A stretch of DNA of 64,000 nt, taken from the NCBI RefSeq assembly GCF_033153115.1, contig NW_026889757.1, forward strand, positions 5,580,001 through 5,644,000. Direction: 5' to 3'. Position numbers and translations under genes: made by a program. Every line of letters begins with the position of its first letter. The first letter of the stretch is position 1. Origin of the DNA: Saccostrea echinata (Eukaryota). Under the pieces are notes generated by a model that was not told the origin of the DNA, did not search any database, and was given only the letters and a program-made list of their open reading frames with translations. Below are positions 14,084-25,184 of this stretch, piece by piece.

Positions 14084-17000
14084 ATGGTATGCATATATAG
14101 TTAAATGTAATAAGATTTTAACGATTATGAGTTTGTCCTTAATTTGATAATACTATATTGTCCTAAACGGACAAATTTAAATATTTGATATTAAATAATT
14201 ATTATGAAATTGTATTGCAGATCATTGCCGAAGAAGAAATATCTTTGGAAATCCACACACTCGTCCTTATTAAGGATCAAACGTATCAGCCTTATAAACT
14301 GAGCTTTGACACAGTTACACAGATCAACATATCTGAATCATTCCCATTAGTAAGAATTTAACAGAATTTCTATAATTGTAGACTTGATATTCTCCCACTT
14401 TGTTCAAACAAAACGTTAATTAAGTTTTCTGTCAGTTTCTTTCTTTCTAAATGTATGTTCTTTTTTGTCTTTCTTTTCTTTGTTTTTAGCGTATTGGCAA
14501 TTTTGAATTTTTTATTTCTTTGCTTATTTTTAGCTCACCTGAGCATTAATCCGTCGTCTGTAGGTATGTCGTGCTTGTCGTCTTAAAACTGCCTCATTTT
14601 CATCTTCTCCAAAACCACTGGGTCAGCTTCAATGAAACTTGGCACAAAGTATCCCTGAGTAAAGGGCATTAAAGTTTGTTCAAATAGGTACCAGTGTGTC
14701 CCTTTCCAGGTTCATACTTCATGTAAGAAGTCACGAAAATCAAAAGAAATGGGTTGGTGTTTGGTGTTTGCTCAAGATAGAGCTTCTGGTAAAGTCAGCA
14801 GCATTGAGAGGCATTTGTCTAAGACATAGCTTCTGGTAAAGTCAGCAGCATTGAGCGACATTTGTCCAACACAGAGCTTCTGATGAAGTCAGCGGCATTG
14901 AGCGGCATTTGTCCAACACAGAGCTTCTGGGTCAGCGGCATTGAGCGGCATTTGTCCAAGACAGAGCTTCTGGTAAAGTCAGCGGCATTGAGCGGCATTT
15001 GTCCAAGACAGAGCTTCTGGTAAAGTCAGCGGCATTGAGCGGCAATCGTCCAACACAGGGTTTCTGGTGAAATCAGCGGCATTGAGCGGCATTTGTCCAA
15101 GACAGAGCTTCTGGTGAAGTCAGCGGCATTGAGCAGCATTTGTCCAAGACAGTGCCTCTGGTAAAGACAGCGGCATTGAGCGGCATTTGTCCAACACAGA
15201 GCTTCTGGTAACTTCAGCGGCATTGAGCGGCATTTGTCCAACACAGATCTTCTGGTAACTTCAGCGGCATTTGTCCAACACACAGCGTCTAGTTAAGTCC
15301 AACACGGTACTTCTGCTAAAGTAGTTGCAAAGTTTAAATAACTTATATGAAAAGTTGAACTTTTTTCAAAAAAATGCTTTTATTCACTTTTGTACAATGA
15401 AAATTCTTTTGCCTTAAAAAGATTCACAGAAGGCCTGAAAAATTAATGTGTGCAACTGCATAAATAATGTTTTGTTTAGACCAAGGATAGAAGAATCTGA
15501 AATACAATTAATTCTTTTTCTACTGATAGAATTACTTATAATTAAGATAAGGTTTATCATTCTATCTATGAAAGGTACTGTAAAGATATTTGTTTTTCTT
15601 TAATGGCAAGGATTTGATCATTAATTAGCATTTATGTTTCCCCCTTTTCTTTTGATAATATTTTCATTAGTATCTAGATAATACCATAATATTAGACTAA
15701 ACTGACTTCACTAAATAGCATAATTCTGGCCTGTTATTAGTCAAGAAGCATGCTAATTAAGCATTAAAGTAATGGCAGTCAGATACATACTTATCACCAG
15801 TGTGTGATTCTGTCCCAAAATCTTAGCAAGTGTTTAAAACCCAAAGATGATTAGGCACATACTGTTAATCATCTGGCTTCAATATTCTAATTTTGTAAGA
15901 AATGTAATCATTGATATTGCTTGATTATCACTATTAACTTAAGGGCATCCCATGCATAAGTAGCAAAAATATATCTTTGATCTTTAATTTTAAAATTAAG
16001 GAAAATATGTAAAGAGTCCATAAATTGAGGTACATTAGAAAAAGCTTTACCATGAGATTTGTTTCAAAATTATCACAAAATAGATGTCTAATTAGAGTCT
16101 AAGGACTAATTAATGTCCCCCATTCAATATAAGTTAAACCACAAGAAAGAATGCCCCTTCCATATAAGGTCACTACATGAAGAATACCACTCAGTTTGTA
16201 TTAAGTCACTTCATAAACAATGCAGCTTATTCCGTATAAGGTCATTACATGAAGAAAGCTGCTTATTCCGTATAAAATTACTTCATGAAGAATGCCACTT
16301 ATTCCGTAAAAGTTCACTACATGAAGAATGCTGCTTATTCTGTATAAGGTCATTACATGAAGAATACTGCTTATTCCGTATAAGGTCACGACAGGAAGAA
16401 TTCTGCTTATTTTGTATAAGGTCACTACATGGAGAATGCTGCCTATTCCATATAGGGTCACTACAAGAAGAATGCTGCTTATTCCGTAAAAGGTCACTAC
16501 ATGAAGAATGCCGCTCTTTCCATATAAGGTCACTACATGAAGAATGCCGCTTATTCCGTTAAAGGTAACTACATGAAGAATGCCACTTATTCCGTAAAAG
16601 GTCACTACATGAAGAGTGCCGCTTATTCCGTTAAAGGTCACTACATGAAGAATGCCACTTATTCCGTAAAAGGTCACTACATGAAGAATGCTGCTTATTC
16701 TGTATAAGGTCATTACATGAAGAATACTGCTTATTCCGTATAAGGTCACGACAGGAAGAATTCTGCTTATTTTGTATAAGGTCACTACATGGAGAATGCT
16801 GCCTATTCCATATAGGGTCACTACAAGAAGAATGCTGCTTATTCCAAATAAGGTCACTACATGAAGAATGCCGCTCTTTCCATATAAGGTCACTACATGA
16901 AGAATGCCGCTTATTCCGTTAAAGGTCACTACATGAAGAATGCCACTTATTCCGTAAAAGGTCACTACATGAAGAATGCCGCTTATTCCGTTAAAGGTCA

Positions 17001-20000
17001 CTACATGAAGAATGTCACTTATTCCGTAAAAGGTCACTACATGAAGAATGCCGCTTATTCCGTTAAAGGTCACTACATGAAGAATGTCACTTATTCCGTA
17101 AAAGGTCACTACATGAAGAATGCCGCTTATTCCGTTAAAGGTCACTACATGAAGAATGTCACTTATTCCGTAAAAGGTCACTACATGAAGAATGCTGATT
17201 ATTCCGTATAAGGTCACTACATGAGGAACACTGCTTATTCTGTATAAGGTCACGACGTGAAGAATGCTGCTTATTCCGTTTAAGGTCACTACATGAAGAA
17301 TGCTGTTTATTCCATATAAGGTCACTACATGAAGAATGCTGTTTATTCCATATAAGGTCACTACATGAAGAATGCTGTTTATTCCGTATTAGGTCATTAC
17401 ATGAAGAATGCTGCTTATTCCATATCAGGTCACTACATGAAGAATGCTGTTTATTCCGTATTAGGTCATTACATGAAGAATGCTGCTTATTCCATATAAG
17501 GTCACTACCTGAAGAATGCTGCTTATTCCATATAAGGTCACTACCTGAAGAATGCTGCTTATTCCATATAAGGTCACTACATGAAGAATGCTGTTTATTC
17601 CGTATAAGGTCATTACATGAGGAATGCTGCTTATTCCATATCAGGTCACTACATGAAGAATGCTGTTTATTCCGTATAAGGTCATTACATGAAGAATGCT
17701 GCTTATTCCATATAAGGTCACTACCTGAAGAATGCTGCCTATTTCGTATAAGGTCACTACATGAGGAACACTGCTTATTCCGTATATGCTAATTACATGA
17801 AAAACTTGCTCATTCTGTTTATGGTCACTACATGAAGAATGCTGCTTATTCAGTATAAGATCACTACATGAAAAATGTTGCATTCCCGTATATGCTTATT
17901 AGATGAAGAATGCTGCTAGTTCTGTGTTGGACTTTACCAGAGGCACTGTGTTAGTCAAATGCTGCTCAATGCCGCTGACTTTATCAGAAGCACTGTGTTG
18001 GACAAATGTCGCTCAATGCCGCTGAAGTTACCAGAAGCTCTGTGTTGGACAAATGCCGCCCAATGCCGCTGACTTTACCAGAGGCACTGTGTTGGACAAA
18101 TGCCGCTCAATGCCGCTGACTTCACCAGAAGCTCTGTGTTGGACAAATGCCGCTGACTTCATCAGAAACTCTGTCTTGGAGAAATGCCGCTCAATGCCGC
18201 TGAAGTTACCAGAAGCTCTGTGTTGGACAAATGCCTCTCAATGCCGCTGTCTTTACCAGAGGCACTGTCTTGAACAAATGCCGCTCAATGCCGCTGACTT
18301 CACCAGAAGCTCTGTGTTGGATAAATGCCGCTGACTTCACCAGAAACTCTGTCTTGGACAAATGCCGCTCAATGCCGCTGAAGTTACCAGAAGCTCTGTC
18401 TTGGACAAATGCCGCCCAATGCCGCTGACTTCACCAGAGGCACTGTGTTGGACAAATGCCGCTCAATGCCGCTGACTTCACCAGAGGCACTGTGTTGGAC
18501 AAATGCCGCTCAATGCCGCTGACCTCACCAGAAACTCTGTGTTGGACAAATGCCGCTCAATGCAGCTGACTTTACCAGAAGCTCTGTCTTGGACAAATGC
18601 CTCTCAATGCCGCTGACTTCACCAGAAACTCTGTCTTGGACAAATGCCGCTCAATGCCGCTGAAGTTACCAGAAGCTCTGTCTTGGACAAATGCCGCTCA
18701 ATGCCGCTGAAGTTACCAGAGGCACTGTCTTGGACAAATGCCGCTCAATGCCGCTGACTTCACCAGAAACTCTGTGTTGGACAAATGCCGCTCAATGCCG
18801 CTGACTTTACCAGAGGCACAGTGTTGGACAAATGCCGCTCAATGCCGCTGACTTTACCAGAAGCTCTGTTTTGGACAAATACCGCTAAATGCCGCTGACT
18901 TTATCAAAAGCACTGTGTTGGACAAATACCATGTTTTGACTCTCAGAAAAGTTTTTAAAAACATCTTACCCAAGATATTTCTTAGTACTCGTAGTATTCT
19001 ATAAACTAAAAGTAATCTTTCGTGACTTCTTACATGAAGGAATAGCCCCCTTTCCAAGGGGAGAAAATCAAGAAAAGACAAAAACAGGTTGAGGTCATTA
19101 AAAAGATTTTTCCAGACAGCCACTGGGTCATAGAAATAAACTAATGTGAAAACTTCCTGATTAGTGTCAGTTCAGGTTGCTTCAGATCGGGTTACTGAAG
19201 TAGGCTGGGTCACGTTAAAGGATTACAAAATAACGTAGGGGTGCATAGGGCGAACACTAGTGCAAATTCAAATTTGTTCAAACCATAGCCCCGATGGGTA
19301 GGGTTGGGCCACAATAGGTAATTTAAGTTCTAAATGGAATACAAAGGAAAAATCTTTAAAAATCATTTCAAGAATAACAGGGTCGTGATTAAGCAAATCC
19401 TCAGGTAGTGTAGAATCAAACGTGTTCAAATCATTATCATGGCCCCCATGGGAAATGTGGTGCCACAAATGGGGGAGGGGCAAATTTAAGATGGAACCAC
19501 ATGTATGTAGAAAAAATGGTAAAAACCTTTACAGTAACTACACAATTTAAATCACATTATTATGCAATAATATGCCTCAGAAAATGCCGGTTTAAATTCA
19601 TTCAGACCATCTTCAAATGGTTTAGGCGATGCCAAGTAAAGGGTCAAATACTGGAATACGGTGTAAAGGAAAAAAAAATCTTTTAAAAATCCTTTTCTAA
19701 AAACTGCAGTACAACAATAATCATATTAGTTGTATGGAAGCATCCCAATCTAGTGCAGATTTTTATTTGTTCAAATCATGCCTTCTGGTATGAGGTGGGG
19801 ATGAAATAGGTTAAACAGTATTCAAAATTTCGATGAGAATATGTAGAAAATTTAAAAGCAAAACAGGGACAAACAGAGATCATATTGATATCTAGGGTGG
19901 AACCAAAATTTGGGAAATTTCACGGGAATATCAAGGGGATTAAAAAAAATAATAATAATCTTCTGAAGAAGTAGGGCCAAGATGACTCGGGTGAGCGTTG

Positions 20001-23000
20001 TGTCCCTTTGACCTTCGTTGGTCTTTAGATGGTAAAACATATCTGTGAGGTAATAGAAGTGCCTTGCCCCACCCTCGGTCACTTAGTTTCTTTCTTTAGG
20101 TTAAGATGCATCAACACCAGTTTGAATACCCCACTGTCATTCAGTTCTATCAATTTCTTTTCTAGGATAGATTGGATAAAATGGACCCCGGTTACAGGGA
20201 TAGCCCGAGCCTGGGCGTGATTGAGGTAACTTTTATCTATTAGTCGACTTTATGATTTGATTTTACTCGCTGTCCATCTTATATATATTTAGCATCACTC
20301 AGTAATGTGGGTGTGTACAAAGGCAGAATTACAGTAATTCGTCTTTTCTTCCTGTGTCAATACTTTTTGCGACTTTGCTTGTTTTTGCAACGATTAGTCT
20401 GTGTATCTTAACAATTATCATTACAGAAATCTAGAAATGGATTGGGGGGGGGGGGGTTAAACGAATATTCAAACTGGCGGATAATTTTTTGGTTTGCAGT
20501 GTTCGGCGTTTAAGAAGCTTTGAATGTACATCGTATTATGTAATAAAAATTGGACAAAGATGCAAAAGGAAATGTTTAACCTGCCCCTTTTCGTGTCAGA
20601 AAAGGAGAGGTGTCTACTTGTTAACAAATACAGAGTACATGTTGTTTCAGTTAAAGATCACTCTTGTTGGTCAATTAAGCTGAGGTTTACAGATATGCCT
20701 TTCCCATTAGAATAATTTCAGATCATAATAAATAAAATAAGAAATAAAATAAGAAAAAGATATGATTTACATGAATTTGTTGAATTAAAAAAAATCAATT
20801 TGACGTTCGTTCATATACAAATGTGCCTCTTTTATACAATATACATGTATATATATTACTGAGCTATAATTTGTACGACAGGAAGAAGATGTTGACGTTG
20901 AACAAGAAAACGAATCTACTCACATCTTATCGAGAAGGGAACTGGTAGGTGTCTAGATCACATTTGTAAGAAGGCATATGTATAAAATAATATATTTTGA
21001 CATTTTAGTGCTTTATATAAATTTCCATCCTTGACCTTGTATTAAGATATATTTTGACATTTTATGCTGCATTTAGAAGAAATCTTTTGTTGTTGTTGGT
21101 GGTGGTGGTGTTGTTGAATAATTTTGTGTTCCTTTAATATTTGACCTCTCTCTGCTCCTAGACGACCGCTAGCTCCACTATGCTCATGATGAACCTTGTT
21201 AAAGATGTACAACTAGAAAGCAGTTACGAGAGATTTAGACCGGTTAGATCTTTTCTGTCCAATTAGTAAATGAATAATTTTACAATAACGATTTAGCTAG
21301 ACTTAATTAAGTATAAAATAAGTGTAAAAACTCGATTGGCAATAAGAGAGATGGTAATAAAAAGAAGTATCGAAAGTTTGAACCCGGAATATCAGTAACT
21401 TTCACATTCGATATCTACTATATGCCACTTGAATATTTATTTAAATTAATATTATACAATTATTGCTGGTTTTTGAGGTCAATACGATGATTTAGACACC
21501 TGAGGAGTACAATATTCACCGAGCCCGAAGGGCGAGGTGAATATTGTACTTCGAAGGTGGCTAAATCATCGTATTGACCGAAAAAACAGCAATAATTGTT
21601 TTATTATATGATTCAATGATTAAATGACACACACTCATTAAGCAATCCGTGCCATCTTACTTGTTCACATCTACTGAAGTACTAGCCGAATATCAGAGAA
21701 ACGGAGTTAAAAAACCAGTTGTATTATTTTGAAAATTTTAATTCTAGTTTAGGTGCAATGTAGAAAAATAAATGTCAGGCAATATATAGGATTAATTTTG
21801 AAAAAGGGGGCATTAAAAAGGGAAAAAAATGACAACGTACCTGAAAACAAATCTTTGACTAGCCCCCCTCCCTAAAAAAGGAAAAGAATTCTCCCAAATC
21901 AAAATTTTATTTGGTGGGATGTAAAGGTACATAAACCTTTCGAGGGGAGGGGGGCTTACAATGAAATTTTTTATCCTTAAAATTTAAATTAAAACTTAAC
22001 ATTCTCAAAAGGTGGGGAGAGGGGCAGGACTCCTGCACCCCCCCCCCCTCCCCGACCCCTCACCCAAGAATCTATGTGCCTTAATGTTATGTTCATATGA
22101 GTGGATGTCATATGCAAGTGAAATAACTTTCCAAAACTATTTGCATCAATTTGGAATTTCCCTATCTATTTCTAGTCCAATGTAGAATAAATAATTCCTT
22201 ATATTGACCTGGAAGATCACGTGCAGGTCAATATAATGTAGTATTTTTCTAACATTGTTGGATCTCAGCCAATCAGAGAGATGGGAATTATTCAATCATA
22301 TAATAATCTTTTATGTTTACACTAGTCGTCAACTGCGGTTGTTTTGCCTACTATTTCCGAGGAGTTGGAGGTACTGGAAAAGGTAATCACGCTTGCGCAC
22401 TAATAACCAATGGAAACCGTGCATTTTTCTGTGTGTGTAGCAAAAATAGTAAAGGTCATTTTCAAAATAAATTGTCGGAATTTCTTTGTATAATTTGAGT
22501 ATTCTTTTTTATACAAAATATATATCATATCAATGAACAAATATGATGTTTTATCCTTTAGACCGGGCAGACCTCACCAATTTCCACCAAAACTGTCAAT
22601 TCTAAGGAGAGCATTGAGATGGAGGTAATGCTTTTTGAAAATTTTCACTAAAACTATTCATACACATTATATATGTGTTTTATTGGATTTCTGTGTAAAC
22701 CACAACCCTGTTTCAGTTAATGATATTTTTTCACTTAGGCTAGGAGACTGTCTATTACGGCTATACACAGTGCCTTTTCTGCCGCTGTAATGGTATCAGA
22801 GGGAGGTTGCCGAGCACGTGTAAAGGTAAGAAAACATGAACAAACATATTTGTATAAAAGTTCATTAAAAAAGTTATGAATTTTGGCGGATGACACCACT
22901 TTTTTCTTGCGGAGGAACTTATTTAATTTGACGTCTTCAAATGTTTACGAGGGTCGTTCAATAAATAATGCAATAGGTCATCTAAAAGTAAGAAAAGTAA

Positions 23001-24405
23001 GTAATACATATTCTAAATATTTTCAATCCCTCAAAGCATTCCCTGTTATCCTTTACATATGTCTTAAGTTTTTGTACCCATGACCAGAAAACCTCAGCAT
23101 ACCCATCTTTCGGGATGCCCAAAAGACACTGATGAATATCACTTTCCATGACATGTCTAATATTGTACAATCTTCCTTTGATTGTTTTCATGCATTTTTA
23201 GAATGAATCTCACAATGGCTGAGATCTAGCGAATATGGGGGATGGCAAAGCTCTGTTAAATTTCTTTTCTTCAGAATTTCATTTATTTCTCCGTGCTTAT
23301 TTGCAGCAGCTTGCCAGGTGCAAGAAAATTACCCTGGGTGTGGCATTTGGACTTCCTTTGCAAGAAATCTGTTTATCTTTCCTCAGTGCAATTTGAACAT
23401 AAAAGTTACCATTGATGGTCCTTCTTTTGGGTGTATCTACATGTTTTACTGGACCTCTTGAAAAAATGAAAACTAATAAAACATGCTTGGAGCCCTTGTT
23501 TCTCTTTACTGTAATAAGAACAATAGCTTTTTCTTTGATTCCACATTTTATTATTGATCTTACTTTTTGGCTATAAAAAGTGCACCCATGTTTCGTCATC
23601 CATCACACAATTTTAACAAATCTTCTATTTTGTTAAGATATTTGTTTTTAAGTAAACCGTTGGCACAATTAATGCGTATGTATCTCTTAGACAAGTTTAA
23701 GAAAATAAGGCACATATCTGATAGAAATATTATTATATTCATTTCCGTTGTCAGAGTTCTATAAAATGTCATGACGATGAAATGCTTAGTTTTTAGCAAT
23801 GTCTTTGGATGTAAATCTGACATTTTCAGATATCATATTGCACATTGCATCAATAATTTTTGGTGTCCCTACAAATTTCCATCGACCAGTTTGACTGTTA
23901 TATTTTAACTCTCCTTTTTTCTTTTGAATTTCTTAATCAATCTGAAAACTATACAGCGACTATTCTTTCCGCATAAAAAAATCATATCTTTAATATGAAT
24001 TCTTCGGCGATTTATGTAAAGAAGCACACTTTTCACATACGCTCTCATTTTCATCTTCTTGGCAGAGATCATTTTTAAACAGTTTTCAGCTCAGTGTAGT
24101 AACCATGCATACTTTAAAAGTGAATTTCTTTGCAAGGAAATAGGAAAAATCATGGAGTTTTCTGTGATTAGGAGCTCTTTAATTGAACGTTTCAACAGTG
24201 AAAAAATAAAATTGAATAGATCGACATTTACTATGATATACTGTTTGTTGCATTATCTATTGAACGACCCTCGTACTCCTTGGATAGTAATATGACCTTT
24301 ATTGTACGAACACTCCATTTTCAGCCCAAGCGTAACATCATCGGAAGCCTGGTGTCCTGCTTCCGTGCCTGCTTTGGATGCGCAAGAAATACAGATAGAG
24401 ATTAA
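14084..24405 (+). CDS. Uncharacterised multi-exon gene (~195 aa) with AKAP-like helix and Cys-rich C-terminus
   Basis: AG/GT-bounded exons, all multiples of 3 and open in phase 0: 14221-14349, 20029-20049, 20166-20225, 20882-20944, 21162-21242, 22562-22624, 22739-22825; terminal exon 24325-24405 ends in TAA. Possible ATG at the end of small exon 14065-14086 (start uncertain). Confidence 0.7.
14221..14349 (+). CDS. Exon of uncharacterised gene
   Basis: attgcag|IIAEEEISLEIHTLVLIKDQTYQPYKLSFDTVTQINISESFPL|gtaaga, 129 nt. Confidence 0.6.
14770..15320 (-). repeat. 47-bp tandem array, inverted relative to 17920-18930
   Basis: Unit gtcagcggcattgagcggcatttgtccaagacagagcttctggtaaa, about 11 copies. 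Confidence 0.95.
16110..17915 (+). repeat. 36-bp tandem array
   Basis: Unit aaggtcactacatgaagaatgctgcttattccgtat, about 50 copies. Confidence 0.95.
17920..18930 (+). repeat. 47-bp tandem array with 37-bp variants
   Basis: Unit ggacaaatgccgctcaatgccgctgactttaccagaagctctgtgtt, about 21 copies. Confidence 0.95.
20166..20225 (+). CDS. Exon of uncharacterised gene
   Basis: ttttctag|DRLDKMDPGYRDSPSLGVIE|gtaact, 60 nt; preceded by 21-nt exon 20029-20049 (MVKHICE). Confidence 0.6.
20882..20944 (+). CDS. Exon of uncharacterised gene
   Basis: cag|EEDVDVEQENESTHILSRREL|gtaggt, 63 nt. Confidence 0.65.
21162..21242 (+). CDS. Exon of uncharacterised gene
   Basis: ctctctctgctcctag|TTASSTMLMMNLVKDVQLESSYERFRP|gttaga, 81 nt. 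Confidence 0.65.
21456..22307. mobile_element. Hairpin-bearing non-autonomous element (possibly Crypton-type)
   Basis: Near-perfect 144-bp palindrome 21456-21599 centred on gcccgaagggc; second inverted pair ttattatatgatt (21601) and aatcatataataa (~22295-22307). Confidence 0.55.
22562..22624 (+). CDS. Exon of uncharacterised gene
   Basis: tcctttag|TGQTSPISTKTVNSKESIEME|gtaatg, 63 nt. Confidence 0.7.
22739..22825 (+). CDS. Exon of uncharacterised gene (amphipathic helix)
   Basis: ttttcacttag|ARRLSITAIHSAFSAAVMVSEGGCRARVK|gtaaga, 87 nt. Confidence 0.72.
22948..24273 (-). mobile_element. Full-length degenerate mariner transposon (transposase pseudogene)
   Basis: 26-bp TIRs CGAGGGTCGTTCAATARATAATGCAA, TA on both sides, 1326 bp. 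Minus-strand remnants DDETWVHF and HPPYSLDLSHC (YSPDLAP motif) with many stops and frameshifts. Confidence 0.9.
24325..24405 (+). CDS. Terminal exon of uncharacterised gene
   Basis: ccattttcag|PKRNIIGSLVSCFRACFGCARNTDRD-TAA. Confidence 0.68.
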   Translation, partial: PKRNIIGSLVSCFRACFGCARNTDRD

Positions 24406-25184
24406 TTTTAAGTTTGAGTATTTTTTTCAAGAACAGCTCAGTTTTGGGGGGTTAAATTTTTTTTTAAAGAAAACACTTTTATATTTTAAAAAAAAAATCA
24501 TTGATTGATATAGGAGACAATTTCAGTATTCGTGTAGCTTTATTATTATTATTTTTTTTTTACGCACGTGTTGTTTATATAGGGGTAAACGGAATTTCTA
24601 ATAACACTCCAATTTTTTGAATGGGTTAAGAAAATATATTTGTATTGTTTGAAAACATAATTATTTTCTCTACCCTCCATTCCTGATAATTTTTTGAAGT
24701 AATGATTCCAAAAATTTGACTCCGAAGAAATGAAAATGAAATGTTAATGTTTAAATTTTTCCAATGAAATTTATCACAAATTTACAAAATACTTGGAAAT
24801 GCATACAGGGCGGCTGAGATGGTTACATAAGATTGATTAGAATGATTATAATGATATTAGTAATTATACGATTTTTTTTTCAAATTATCTCTTATAGGGA
24901 GTCTTCGTGTAAAGACTGTTTTTGCATTATATCTAATTGCATGAAAGATATTTAGTAATGTCAGGAGAATTGCGTAACCCAGATAGCAAATATTTTAAGA
25001 TAAAGTCCCGTTTCTCTAAGTAGCTATTATAAATGAGGAGCGTTCGAAACTCTTCACATAGAATGTTTAATGGCTATTCCTACAAATAAGGCATCTCGCA
25101 AGCAGAGATCCTGATATAAATAAAACATTTTCTCGAGTTAAATAGGTTAGGAAAACGGTGAGGTAGAAACTGTTCCAATGATAG

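Larger units (their letters stand above)
14527..20020 (+). mobile_element. Non-autonomous Helentron/HINE-like element interrupted by a satellite-bearing insert
   Basis: Starts tttttagctcacctgagc...tccgtcgtctg and ends actcgggtgagcgttgtgtccctttgaccttcgtt (inverted to the gctcacctgag start); degenerate gtttgttcaaat-type internal repeats at 14590-14710 and 19040-19980. Confidence 0.65.

Noticed and set aside
16113-17883. 386-aa VVTLYGISSILH-repeat ORF and overlapping ORFs
   Set aside because: Products of the 36-bp array lying inside an intronic element.
14770-18930. CRISPR-like appearance of regular repeats
   Set aside because: Units are contiguous with no unique spacers, there are no cas genes, and the context is eukaryotic.
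20521-20523. In-frame TGA as selenocysteine
   Set aside because: No SECIS identified and the exon also lacks a donor; a nonsense change or chance is simpler.
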